Source: Syntrophales bacterium (GTDB lineage: Bacteria; Desulfobacterota; Syntrophia; Syntrophales; UBA2210). From it: DNA of 64,000 nucleotides. The stretch covers positions 640,001 through 704,000 of the forward strand of contig CAXXNF010000001.1 of NCBI GenBank assembly GCA_963666365.2, read 5' to 3'. The translations under genes were made by a program, and so were the position numbers. Below, one piece after another: positions 1 through 9,767 of this stretch (the first letter of the stretch is position 1; each line of letters begins with the position of its first letter). The notes under the pieces were generated by a model, which worked only from the letters and a program-made list of their open reading frames with translations, was not told where the DNA came from and searched no databases.

Positions 1-371
1 TGTTGCAGGCCGTCCTCGACGACGCCCACTTTCAAATGATCAGATTTTTCCTGCAGCCGCCCCGGATGGGAGAGAGTGAAATGAACGACATGCTGCGCCA
101 GATCAGGGATGTGGCGGCGACACCCCAGAAACTCTACATTCGCACCATTCGGAAGGTGCTGCGAAGCGGCCTTTTATCGCCAGCCTACCCATTTGAGGGC
201 GATGCCGACAGTGACGAGGTCTTCGCCCGCGCGCGCGTCCGGATGGAGGAATTGCTGAGGACGCCGGTAGAGCACATTAATGAAGAAATAACAGCACAAA
301 TTTTCAGGGAGATTCCCGGTCTGCTGCCGCGACTCAACCTGTATGGGAAGAAGGGGGATTACCATGAGTGA
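1..371 (+). CDS. C-terminal part of a trimethylamine:corrinoid methyltransferase (MttB superfamily)-like protein, 5' truncated by the window edge
   Basis: QAVLDDAHFQMIRFFL and DEVFARARVRMEELL resemble the MttB C-terminal pattern (EQLVID.EI..M.... and .AERAR.RVREIL). Its stop overlaps the start of a corrinoid protein gene. Confidence 0.6.
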   Translation, partial: LQAVLDDAHFQMIRFFLQPPRMGESEMNDMLRQIRDVAATPQKLYIRTIRKVLRSGLLSPAYPFEGDADSDEVFARARVRMEELLRTPVEHINEEITAQIFREIPGLLPRLNLYGKKGDYHE

Positions 372-1038
372 GGACATACTTGCCCTGTTGAAAGAAAATG
401 TCATTCAGGGAAGAATCACCGAAGAAGACGAGGGGATCGACGAGGAACTTTCCGGTCCTGGAGTGGTTGAGCTGACACAAAGTGCAATCGAACAGAAAAT
501 TCCTGTTCAGGATATCATTACACAAGGATTGACGGCGGGGATGGAAATAGTAGGAGCGCGGTTCAGTGCAAAAGAATATTTCGTACCGGACATGCTTGCT
601 TCGGCGGAAGCAGTCAGCGCCGCCATGGACCTCTTAAAGCCGCTCCTTGAAGAGTCGCAGATGGAACCCAAGGGTATCTTTGCCATCGCCACGGTCAAGG
701 GCGACATCCACGATATCGGCAAAAATATTGTGGCAACCCTCATCAAGGGGGCGGGCTACGAGGTGGTCGATCTGGGCATTGATGTACCCACCGAGAAAAT
801 TGTCGACTATGTCCGCGAAAATAAACCCGCTTTTCTCGGCCTCTCGGCCCTGCTCACCACCACGATGCTGGTCATGGGTGATGTGATCGAAGCACTGAAA
901 GCCGCCGGCATACGAGATATGGTTCGGGTGTTTGTGGGAGGCGCCGCCGTCTCGAAGGAATTCGCCGATGATATCGGCGCCGACGCCTATTGTGCCGACG
1001 GCTTCGAGGCAGTGAGAATTCTGGATTCAAGGGGATAG
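364..1038 (+). CDS. Methyltransferase-cognate corrinoid (B12-binding) protein
   Basis: Cobalamin-binding motif GDIHDIGKNIV, LGLSALLTTT, VGGAAV; N-terminal cap with EYFVPDML. ATG at 364 follows a purine-rich RBS. Confidence 0.92.
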   Translation: MSEDILALLKENVIQGRITEEDEGIDEELSGPGVVELTQSAIEQKIPVQDIITQGLTAGMEIVGARFSAKEYFVPDMLASAEAVSAAMDLLKPLLEESQMEPKGIFAIATVKGDIHDIGKNIVATLIKGAGYEVVDLGIDVPTEKIVDYVRENKPAFLGLSALLTTTMLVMGDVIEALKAAGIRDMVRVFVGGAAVSKEFADDIGADAYCADGFEAVRILDSRG

Positions 1039-1081
1039 GGAATATGGGTAACGGGTCACGCAAAAAAGGAGAGTGAAATCT

Positions 1082-2569
1082 ATGTCGGGAATCGCAGGAC
1101 TATATGGAGATGAACCATCAACGGTTGATCGCATGCTCGATACCATTGCTTATCGGGGACCTCAGGGCACATGGAGATTTGATGAAGGACTCGTGCATCT
1201 GGGAATCAGAGAACTGAATGTGGGAGGAATCGGCTCAGAGAACGCGCATTTCACTTCGGACGGAAAAAAAACGGTAGTGATCGACGGCCGGATATATAAC
1301 GCAGGTCTTGAGAATTTGAGCGATGCGGAAGCGATCCTTTCACTCTATGCTCGTTTCGGCGATCGTTTTGCCGAAAAAATTGACGGGGATTTCGCCTGCG
1401 CCCTGAGCGACAATGGTTCACTCATTCTGGCCCGTGATGAAGCAGGCATCAAGCCCCTCTACTACGGCCACGATGAAAAGGGCAATCTATGCTTTGCCTC
1501 CGAGGCGAAGGCATTGGTTGATATCGCATGCGATGTCCGGGAGTTCCCTCCGGGGTATACCTATTCCCGAGAAATAGGATTCCGTCGATCCGTAAACAGT
1601 GCCGTGGAAACACCGGGGTGCGAAACCTACGATCAGGCAAAAGGAGTGCTCAGGGACCTCCTCGAAAAGGCCGTGGAAAAGAGAATGCGCGACAAGGCGG
1701 TAACGGGGGTGCTGCTCAGCGGCGGACTAGACAGCAGTCTCATCGCCGCCATGGCCTGCCGGCATAGGCCGGATATCGACTGCTTCACTGTCAGTATGGA
1801 AGACGGAGTCGACCTTCCCCTCGCCCGTGATGTCACGGCCGCGCTGAAACTTCCCCATCATGTGCATATGTTCGGGAACAGCGATATAGGTGAAATTCTT
1901 CCGGCGGCAATTCACCACCAGGAGATGTATGAGGAAAGCTGCGTTCACGGCGCAATCGCAAATTTCCTGGCAGGACGGTTCATTAAGGGAAAATCAGCCT
2001 GTGTGCTTACAGGGGAAGGGGCAGACGAGTTTTTCGCCGGCTACGACGGGCAGTACAAGGCCGGATCGAATCCGGAAGAAGTTGCCGCTATCTGTGACAG
2101 TCTCATTATTGTGGCGCACAATACGGCACTCCAGCGTCTGGACAGATTGAACGCAGCAAACGGATACGAAAGCCGCACCCCCTTCCTCGACACGGCAGTC
2201 ATGCAATTCGCCCGGAAGATACCGCTGTCCTGGAAGATTCATGGAAAGGAACGCACCGGCAAGTGGATTCTTCGACAGGCCTTTGAGAATGTGCTGCCCG
2301 ATCATGTCATTTATCAGACCAAGCGGTTTTTCGCCCAGGGCTCCGGTGTGGCCTATGTCATGCGGCAGGAGGCGGAAAAGGTCGTTTCACCGGAAGAACT
2401 TGACGCATTCAACAGGGAACCGGGAAATCCGCTGCTCTCATCGGTAGAGGAACTGTATTATTACCGATTTTTCAAAAAAACCTTCCCCCACAACTCCTTC
2501 GATCGTCTCGTGGGACGCTGGGATCCCCTGCGACCGGGCTTTTTTCCACGATGGGAAAAGAGGAATTAG
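1082..2569 (+). CDS. Asparagine synthetase B-like ATP-dependent amide ligase with Cys1 replaced by Ser
   Basis: N-terminus MSGIAG (canonical MCGIAG), RGP, ARD..GIKPLYY, PP-loop LSGGLDSS, TGEGADE.FAGY, ESRTPFLD. AAGGAG RBS near 1066. Confidence 0.88.
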   Translation: MSGIAGLYGDEPSTVDRMLDTIAYRGPQGTWRFDEGLVHLGIRELNVGGIGSENAHFTSDGKKTVVIDGRIYNAGLENLSDAEAILSLYARFGDRFAEKIDGDFACALSDNGSLILARDEAGIKPLYYGHDEKGNLCFASEAKALVDIACDVREFPPGYTYSREIGFRRSVNSAVETPGCETYDQAKGVLRDLLEKAVEKRMRDKAVTGVLLSGGLDSSLIAAMACRHRPDIDCFTVSMEDGVDLPLARDVTAALKLPHHVHMFGNSDIGEILPAAIHHQEMYEESCVHGAIANFLAGRFIKGKSACVLTGEGADEFFAGYDGQYKAGSNPEEVAAICDSLIIVAHNTALQRLDRLNAANGYESRTPFLDTAVMQFARKIPLSWKIHGKERTGKWILRQAFENVLPDHVIYQTKRFFAQGSGVAYVMRQEAEKVVSPEELDAFNREPGNPLLSSVEELYYYRFFKKTFPHNSFDRLVGRWDPLRPGFFPRWEKRN

Positions 2570-2803
2570 GTAATGGATTATAGGTAATGGGGAATTTACT
2601 TTTTCTCGTACCTATAGCCTCTCGCCCATCACACACCGCCAATTTCTTGTTGCAGAATCGAGCAATTGCTGTTTAAATAGTTTTTTTAAGGGACGGCATT
2701 TGACCTTGGACCGTTGTCTGAATCGCATATATACCCGGGTCCTGTCTGAAATCACGTCTTTCCCATAAATTCGCAGTGACTGCGCCACAGTGGAGGAAAA
2801 TCA

Positions 2804-4879
2804 ATGAACCGTAGTGAACGTCTCCCATATGACACCATTAACACCATACGATTTCTCGCGGTCGATGCCATAGAGAAGGCTCAATCAGGACATCCGGGGC
2901 TTCCCATGGGGGGCGCCGCCACGGCATATGCCTTATGGACAGGGCATCTCAGGCACAACCCCGCCGATCCCCAATGGTTTAATCGCGATCGTTTCGTCCT
3001 TTCCGCGGGACACGGTTCAATGCTGCTCTACGCGCTCCTCTACCTTACAGGGTATGACATTACTCTTGACGATATAAAAAATTTCCGGACCTGGAGAAGC
3101 AAGACGCCGGGACACCCGGAATATAAAATCACTCCGGGGGCTGAAGTGACTACGGGACCTCTGGGCCAGGGAGTCGGCAATGCTGTAGGAATGGCTATCG
3201 CAGAGGCATACCTGTCTGCACGATATAATCGGCCGGGCTACCCTGTGGTGGACCATTGCACCTATGTCCTTGCCGGCGACGGCGACCTGATGGAGGGAGT
3301 GACTGCTGAGGCCTGTTCCCTGGCCGGCCACCTCCGCCTGGGCAAGCTTGTAATGCTCTATGACGACAACCACATTTCTTTGGCCGGCGCCACGGGGCTT
3401 TCCTTCACGGAGGATACAGGGAAACGGTTCGAGGCATATGGATGGCACGTGCACTACGTCGGCGACGGCAACGACATAGAGGCCATCGATCGAGCTATCC
3501 TGTCGGCAAAGGAAGAGACGACCCGTCCTTCCCTGATCGCGATTCGCAGCATCATCGGATACGGTTCTCCGAAAAAGCAGGGCTCCTCAAAGGCCCACGG
3601 TTCACCTCTGGGCGCCGAAGAAGCATCGGCTGCAAAAGAGCGCCTCGGCTGGCCCCAGGAACCGAAGTTCCGAGTTCCCGATGACGTGCATGCTTTCACC
3701 CGTGAAGCGCTTGAAAAAGGGGAAAAACTCCAGGCGCAATGGAATTCCCTTTACGAAGAATACCGCACAGACCATGGAGACTGCGCTGCAGAACTCGATA
3801 GAATCATAAAGGGAGAACTTCCTCCCCATTGGGAAAAGGCGTTGCCCTCTTTTACGGAAGCCGGGACGGCCGTCGCCACGAGAAAAGCATCGGAAGAGGT
3901 AATGCAGGCTCTTGGCCCACTGATGCCGGAACTGGTGGGAGGCACGGCGGACCTGAATCCCTCGACCCTTGCCTGGGTCAAGGGGGCCGGGGATTTTCAA
4001 GCTCCCGGAACCCTTCCACCGGAGGGAATCGAGGGATCTGTGGGCGGTCCATGGGGCTATGAGGGAAGAAATATTCACTACGGCGTGCGAGAGCATGCCA
4101 TGGGCGCCATAGCTGCGGGGTGCGCCCTTCATGGCGGCATCATCCCCTATACAGGAACGTTTCTTACCTTCTCCGATTACATGCGACCGTCGATTCGTCT
4201 GGCCGCCCTGATGGGAATAAGGATAGTCTATGTCTTTTCCCACGACAGTATCGGCGTTGGAGAAGACGGCCCAACTCACCAGCCGGTAGAACAGATTATG
4301 AGCCTCAGGTGTGTGCCCAATCTTACCGTCATTCGCCCTGCCGACGCCAATGAAACCGTAGAGGCCTGGAGGCAGGCACTGACTCGAAAAGAGGGTCCCA
4401 CAGCCCTTGTTCTTTCCCGACAGACGCTTCCGCTAATGGATAGAACTCGTTATGCGCCCGCGGAACACCTCTGCCGCGGCGGGTATATACTGTGGGAATC
4501 GTCAAAAGGGACCCTCCCGGAGGCGATTTTCATCGGTACCGGTTCCGAATGTGAGATCGCCCTTGCCGCAGGCGAAAGTCTTGCCGGGGAGGGCGTTGCC
4601 GTCCGCGTCGTCAGCCTTCCCAGCTGGGAGCTTTTTGACGCCCAGCAGGCAGAATACCGGGACGCGGTGCTCCCCCCGTCGGTATCGGTCCGCATAGCCG
4701 TCGAAGCGGGCATTGCCCTGGGATGGGAACACTACGTGGGCAGAGAAGGAAGGATAATCGGAATGGAAAGTTTCGGTGCAAGCGCGCCGGCCGGAATTCT
4801 CTATGACGCCTTCGGGATCACAGTGGAGACGGCTCTCCAGGCCGCCCGCGAGCTTCTTGAAAAGAAAGGCATTGTATGA
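2804..4879 (+). CDS. tkt: Transketolase
   Basis: [67 protein letters not shown]. Confidence 0.97.
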   Translation: MNRSERLPYDTINTIRFLAVDAIEKAQSGHPGLPMGGAATAYALWTGHLRHNPADPQWFNRDRFVLSAGHGSMLLYALLYLTGYDITLDDIKNFRTWRSKTPGHPEYKITPGAEVTTGPLGQGVGNAVGMAIAEAYLSARYNRPGYPVVDHCTYVLAGDGDLMEGVTAEACSLAGHLRLGKLVMLYDDNHISLAGATGLSFTEDTGKRFEAYGWHVHYVGDGNDIEAIDRAILSAKEETTRPSLIAIRSIIGYGSPKKQGSSKAHGSPLGAEEASAAKERLGWPQEPKFRVPDDVHAFTREALEKGEKLQAQWNSLYEEYRTDHGDCAAELDRIIKGELPPHWEKALPSFTEAGTAVATRKASEEVMQALGPLMPELVGGTADLNPSTLAWVKGAGDFQAPGTLPPEGIEGSVGGPWGYEGRNIHYGVREHAMGAIAAGCALHGGIIPYTGTFLTFSDYMRPSIRLAALMGIRIVYVFSHDSIGVGEDGPTHQPVEQIMSLRCVPNLTVIRPADANETVEAWRQALTRKEGPTALVLSRQTLPLMDRTRYAPAEHLCRGGYILWESSKGTLPEAIFIGTGSECEIALAAGESLAGEGVAVRVVSLPSWELFDAQQAEYRDAVLPPSVSVRIAVEAGIALGWEHYVGREGRIIGMESFGASAPAGILYDAFGITVETALQAARELLEKKGIV

Positions 4880-6579
4880 AAACAGCACTGCATATCTCCG
4901 GACTTGATAACTACCGGCAGATTATCAGCGAAACAGCCAGAAGACTGCAGGATGAAAATTTTGTAAGCAGAGTCAAGACCCGCGATCATTCCCTCTGGAA
5001 ACCTGCTCCCGACGAAATTGTTAATCGCCTCGGCTGGCTCGATGCCCCACACCTCATGAAGGATCGAATCGGCCAAATTCAGCAACTTGTCAATGACGCC
5101 CGAGATGAGCGATACACTCATGCAATTCTGCTGGGCATGGGCGGATCGAGTCTGGCTCCGGAAGTACTTAAAAACACGTTCGGATTCAAAGAAAGTTATC
5201 TCGATCTTTCAATCATCGACAGTACCGAACCGGCGGCAATTCTTCATCAAACAAGCAGGCTTAAAGTGGGACGCACGCTTGTGATTGTGTCTACCAAGTC
5301 GGGCTCCACCGTGGAAACGCTCTCCTTATTTAAATTTTTCTATAATGTGATGGGCGATGCCATCGGGCCGACAACAGTGGGTAGTCATTTTGTGGCCGTT
5401 ACCGATCCCGGATCGGGTCTGGCAGAACTGGCGAAACGATATAATTTCAGGGAAATTTTTTTTAACCCACCGGACATCGGGGGACGATACTCGGCACTTA
5501 CCTTTTTTGGCCTGGTCCCGGCGGCACTTACCGGCATCAATGTATCGTACCTCTTGATTCGCGCAGCTTCGGCTGCCCAAAGCTTCGAAGAAGCGGGCCC
5601 ATTGTCGAACGAAAAAAATCCCGGCGCTTTTCTGGGTATGCTTATGGGCGCTATGGCCCTGGTCGGCCGGGACAAGCTGACCTTTCTCATATCCCCTCAG
5701 GTAAAAAGTTTCGGCCCATGGCTGGAGCAGCTTATTGCAGAGAGTCTCGGGAAAGAAGGTACGGGCATTGTACCGATCGTCGATGAACCGCCCGCATCGC
5801 CTGTAAAATACGATGACGACCGCCTCTTCGTGTATCTCCGCCTCAAATGGGATTCCACCCTCGAAAAAACAGTTCAGGCGCTCAGGAAGGCGGGACATCC
5901 CATCATAACTGTGGAGATTGAGGACCTGTACGAACTGGGCTCACAGTTTTTCCTCTGGGAGGCGGCAACGGCCGTTGCCGGACATATTCTGGCCGTCAAT
6001 CCCTTCGACCAGCCTGATGTGGAAGCCACAAAGGCGATGACGAAGGTGATAATCGCTGAATATGGGGAAAGGGGGGCGCTCCCCGAAGAAAAATCTTCAC
6101 ATGCGGACCATCACATTACCCTCTACGGCGCCGTTGAGGCGGACGCTCCCCTCCAGGCCTTCACGAAATTTCTGGACAGGGCGGAACGGGGCGACTATAT
6201 AGCCCTTCAGGCTTATTTACAACCGAAGGACGATACCGACGCGGCGCTTGCCCTCCTGCGGAAGGCAATTCTGAACCGGTACAGGAGGGCCACCACGGTC
6301 GGCTACGGCCCTCGTTTCCTTCATTCAACGGGTCAGCTTCATAAAGGCGATGCAGGCAAAGGACTCTTCATCCAGATTACCTGCGATACAGTGCAGGACG
6401 TCCCCATCCCCGACGAGGCAGGGGAAATGCCTTCTACCCTCTCTTTCGGCATATTAACGTCGGCGGAGGCTCGGGGAGACAGAATGGCGCTCCTCAAAGC
6501 GGGGCGAAGGGTGCTGAGGGTTCATTTGGGGAAAGACGTTATGGGAGGGCTGAAATATCTGGCGGACGCCATAGCATGA
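4876..6579 (+). CDS. pgi: Glucose-6-phosphate isomerase (type resembling the PGI half of Tal/Pgi fusions)
   Basis: [70 protein letters not shown] overlap with tkt. Confidence 0.88.
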   Translation: MKTALHISGLDNYRQIISETARRLQDENFVSRVKTRDHSLWKPAPDEIVNRLGWLDAPHLMKDRIGQIQQLVNDARDERYTHAILLGMGGSSLAPEVLKNTFGFKESYLDLSIIDSTEPAAILHQTSRLKVGRTLVIVSTKSGSTVETLSLFKFFYNVMGDAIGPTTVGSHFVAVTDPGSGLAELAKRYNFREIFFNPPDIGGRYSALTFFGLVPAALTGINVSYLLIRAASAAQSFEEAGPLSNEKNPGAFLGMLMGAMALVGRDKLTFLISPQVKSFGPWLEQLIAESLGKEGTGIVPIVDEPPASPVKYDDDRLFVYLRLKWDSTLEKTVQALRKAGHPIITVEIEDLYELGSQFFLWEAATAVAGHILAVNPFDQPDVEATKAMTKVIIAEYGERGALPEEKSSHADHHITLYGAVEADAPLQAFTKFLDRAERGDYIALQAYLQPKDDTDAALALLRKAILNRYRRATTVGYGPRFLHSTGQLHKGDAGKGLFIQITCDTVQDVPIPDEAGEMPSTLSFGILTSAEARGDRMALLKAGRRVLRVHLGKDVMGGLKYLADAIA

Positions 6580-7196
6580 TGGAAGGGGCAACGATTTTTG
6601 ACAGAATTGTCATAGCTGTTCCTCGGGAAAAGATTTACCGTCGCCTGGGATATCGTCGCGGCATTACGGCATTGTCTGCAATGGAGCGCGCATCGGTCGA
6701 CGAGGCAATTGAGGATGCCTGCAGCCGGCTTCATCTCAGGGGAGCGGGAAAACGCCTTTCAATCAAAGCACAAACCCCCGAGCAAATTATCCTCTCTGAA
6801 GGAACGGCATTTCGCAGTACCGCACTGTCACGATTTATTGATGGCTGCCGGGAGATCATTCTGCTTGGCGCCACGGGGGGCACACAGATCATCGATGCGA
6901 TTCACGATGAAACCACACGGGACAATCTGAGTCGCGCCGTTGTGTATGATGCCACGGCAAGTGAGATGGTCGACGGCGCCCTTGAATGGATCATGCGCTA
7001 CTACAGGGGAATCCTGAGGCGGGAGGGCAGAGGACTTTTGAAGCGGCGCTTTTCTGCGGGGTACGGCGACTTCGCCCTGGAACATCAGAAAATAATATAC
7101 GATCTTTTGGGGTTTGACCGTATCGGAGTGAGCATCAGCAACAAGTCGATTCTCATACCTGAAAAATCGGTTACGGCGGTCACGGGAATAACATAA
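6576..7196 (+). CDS. Stand-alone B12-dependent methionine synthase activation-domain protein
   Basis: RFSAGYGDF and IPEKSVTAV motifs; lies directly upstream of a MetH that lacks this domain. Confidence 0.85.
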   Translation: MMEGATIFDRIVIAVPREKIYRRLGYRRGITALSAMERASVDEAIEDACSRLHLRGAGKRLSIKAQTPEQIILSEGTAFRSTALSRFIDGCREIILLGATGGTQIIDAIHDETTRDNLSRAVVYDATASEMVDGALEWIMRYYRGILRREGRGLLKRRFSAGYGDFALEHQKIIYDLLGFDRIGVSISNKSILIPEKSVTAVTGIT

Positions 7197-7219
7197 TTTT
7201 GGGACAAGGAGTATACACT

Positions 7220-9640
7220 TTGGCACAGAAGACCGGCATTCACAACATCCTAAGAAGGCGCATCGTTATTCTCGACGGTGCAACGGGCACGGAGCTTCAA
7301 AAAAGGGGGATGCCTGCCGGGGCATGTCCGGAACTATGGTGCATCGATCATCCGGAAGCGATATGTGCAATCCATAAAGACTATCGAAGGGCCGGCGCAG
7401 ACATTGTCTACAGCTGCACTTTCGGTGCAAACCGAATCAAGCTTGCACAATACGGCACCTCCGATGTGAAGGGAATCAACAGAGCGCTCGCTCTTTATGC
7501 ACGAAAAGCCCTCGGGAAGAAGGGATTTGTGGCAGGCGACATAGGTCCCACCGGGCGTTTTGTGGAACCCTTCGGCGATCTCGCCTTCGAAGAAGCGGTG
7601 GCTGTTTTCAAGGAGCAGATCACAGGCCTTCTCGAAGGCGGCGTTGACATGCTCGTCATCGAAACGATGATAGATATTCAGGAGGCACGCGCCGCGCTTA
7701 TCGCAGCACGTGAACTCAGCGATTGTTTTGTGATGACCACTATGACCTTTGAAGAAAACGGCCGAACCCTGAACGGAACCGATCCGATATCGGCCCTCGC
7801 TACCCTGCAGAGTCTCGGCGCCGATGCCGTAGGATGCAATTGTTCCACAGGCCCGGCCGAGATGAGAGCACTTATTGCCGCAATGAAGCCCTTTGCCACA
7901 GTTCCACTGGTGGCAAAACCGAACGCCGGCATGCCTGAATTACAAGCAAACGAAACGATATTCACTATGACTCCGGAGGAATTCGGCAACTACGGGAAGG
8001 AATTCGCCGCCCTCGGCGTGGACTTGATGGGAGGCTGCTGCGGCACCACACCGGATCACATCCGCACTCTCAAAGAATCGCTTGCCGGAGAAAGGGGGAT
8101 TCCACCCCGTCTCAATGCCCTCGGCGCCGTCAGCTCTTGCAGGCGCACGGTCTTGATCGACAGGGAAGGAACGCTCAAGATCATAGGCGAGCAAATCAAT
8201 CCCACGGGCAAAAAAGATCTCCAGGAAGCATTGCGCAACAAACAAACCGGGCCTGTCGGCGCCATGGGCAGGCAGCAGGAAAAGAAAGGGGCCGATCTCC
8301 TCGATGTCAATGTGGGCGCACCCGACGTCGATCAGCGGGCAATGATGAGGGAGGCGGTTAAAACGCTTTCCCTCACAACAACGGCGCCCCTTGTGATCGA
8401 CTCCGCCGATCCCGACGCCATCGAAGCGGGACTTCGGATCTATCCGGGCAGGGCCCTCATCAATTCGATTTCCGGTGAAACGGCGAAGCTGGAAAAGTTG
8501 CTCCCCCTGGCGGCCCGCTACGGCGCCATGTTCATACTGCTTCCACTTACGGAAAAAGGTGTACCGGAAACGGCAGATGCCAGAAAAGCGGTCATACAGG
8601 AGGTGTACAGAAAGGCGCAGGCCTTTGGATTTCGCAAACCGGATATTGTGGTTGACGGACTTGTAATGACGGTTTCGGCGGACCCGCAGGCACCGCGCGA
8701 GACATTGAAAACAATCGAGTGGGCGCACCGTTCTTTCCGGTGCGCCACGCTATTGGGACTTTCCAATGTCTCCTTCGGGATGCCCGCCCGTCCCTGGCTC
8801 AACGCCGCCTTTCTCGGAATGGCAGCCTCACGGGGACTGACCATGGCAATTGCCAACCCTGAAGTGGAAGAAATCATGCATGTTAAGGCGGCCTGCGATC
8901 TTCTGAACGACAAAGATCGTGATGGAGCGAGCTATCTGGCGCATTTTTCTACCGGCACCCCGGGAAAAAAGACCGGTCCGGAAAATAACGCTCCCCTGAC
9001 TCCGGGTGAGAAAATCGTCCATGCCGTCATCGAGGGAAATCGTGACGAAATCGAAAGCGCCCTGGCAGCAGCGCTCAAGACGGGCGAGGCCCCGCAGGAT
9101 CTGGTCAATACCTACATGATCCGTGCAATCACGGAGGTAGGAAACCGTTATGACCGGAAAGAGTATTTCCTTCCCCAGTTGATTGCAGGGGCAGAGACGA
9201 TGAAACGGGGCATAACCTATCTGGAACCGCTTCTCAGAGAAAACCGGCAGGAATCAGCACAGAGAGGGACGATCATTATGGCCACGGTCGAAGGCGATAT
9301 TCATGATATCGGGAAAAATATCGTGGTCCTCCTGCTGAAAAACCAGGGATACGACATCATAGATCTGGGAAAAGATGCACCCGCCGAGCTAATCATCGAA
9401 GAAGCAAAGCGATCGAAGGCAGCGCTCGTCGGACTTTCCGCTCTCATGACCACCACGATGGTGACGATGGAAACAACCATCGTCCTGGCGCGTCAACAAA
9501 AGCTTGCCTGCGACTTCATGGTGGGCGGCGCCGTCGTCACCCCGTCCTACGCCTCTTCCATAGGCGCTCACTATGCGAAAGACGGCGTTGATGCCGTACG
9601 TCTCGCGGAACGCCTCATCGCAAAGAGGCTTTCGAAATAA
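7220..9640 (+). CDS. metH: B12-dependent methionine synthase (homocysteine, pterin and cobalamin domains; no activation domain)
   Basis: LDGATGTELQ, GCNCSTGP, GGCCGTTP (Zn ligands), IIGEQINPTG, GLSNVSFG, GDIHDIGKNIV. TTG start at 7220 after AAGGAG. Confidence 0.92.
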   Translation: MAQKTGIHNILRRRIVILDGATGTELQKRGMPAGACPELWCIDHPEAICAIHKDYRRAGADIVYSCTFGANRIKLAQYGTSDVKGINRALALYARKALGKKGFVAGDIGPTGRFVEPFGDLAFEEAVAVFKEQITGLLEGGVDMLVIETMIDIQEARAALIAARELSDCFVMTTMTFEENGRTLNGTDPISALATLQSLGADAVGCNCSTGPAEMRALIAAMKPFATVPLVAKPNAGMPELQANETIFTMTPEEFGNYGKEFAALGVDLMGGCCGTTPDHIRTLKESLAGERGIPPRLNALGAVSSCRRTVLIDREGTLKIIGEQINPTGKKDLQEALRNKQTGPVGAMGRQQEKKGADLLDVNVGAPDVDQRAMMREAVKTLSLTTTAPLVIDSADPDAIEAGLRIYPGRALINSISGETAKLEKLLPLAARYGAMFILLPLTEKGVPETADARKAVIQEVYRKAQAFGFRKPDIVVDGLVMTVSADPQAPRETLKTIEWAHRSFRCATLLGLSNVSFGMPARPWLNAAFLGMAASRGLTMAIANPEVEEIMHVKAACDLLNDKDRDGASYLAHFSTGTPGKKTGPENNAPLTPGEKIVHAVIEGNRDEIESALAAALKTGEAPQDLVNTYMIRAITEVGNRYDRKEYFLPQLIAGAETMKRGITYLEPLLRENRQESAQRGTIIMATVEGDIHDIGKNIVVLLLKNQGYDIIDLGKDAPAELIIEEAKRSKAALVGLSALMTTTMVTMETTIVLARQQKLACDFMVGGAVVTPSYASSIGAHYAKDGVDAVRLAERLIAKRLSK

Positions 9641-9735
9641 AGGCATCTCTCCCGCAGAGTCCACTGAGAAAACCTCTACTATTTTTTATTCTTCTCTTAC
9701 CCTCTGCTTTACTGCGCGCGGCTTCCTCACGGGTG

Positions 9736-9767
9736 CAAAAAAGGGCGCCCTTCGGCGCCCTTTTTTG
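9736..9767. terminator. Bidirectional intrinsic terminator
   Basis: CAAAAAAGGGCGCC-CTTC-GGCGCCCTTTTTTG perfect hairpin with A/T tracts on both sides, between convergent genes. Confidence 0.9.

Noticed and set aside
9650..9720. Degenerate 9-mer periodic hairpin after metH (CCCGCAGAG...CTCTGC)
   Set aside because: Too degenerate to call a repeat element from one copy.
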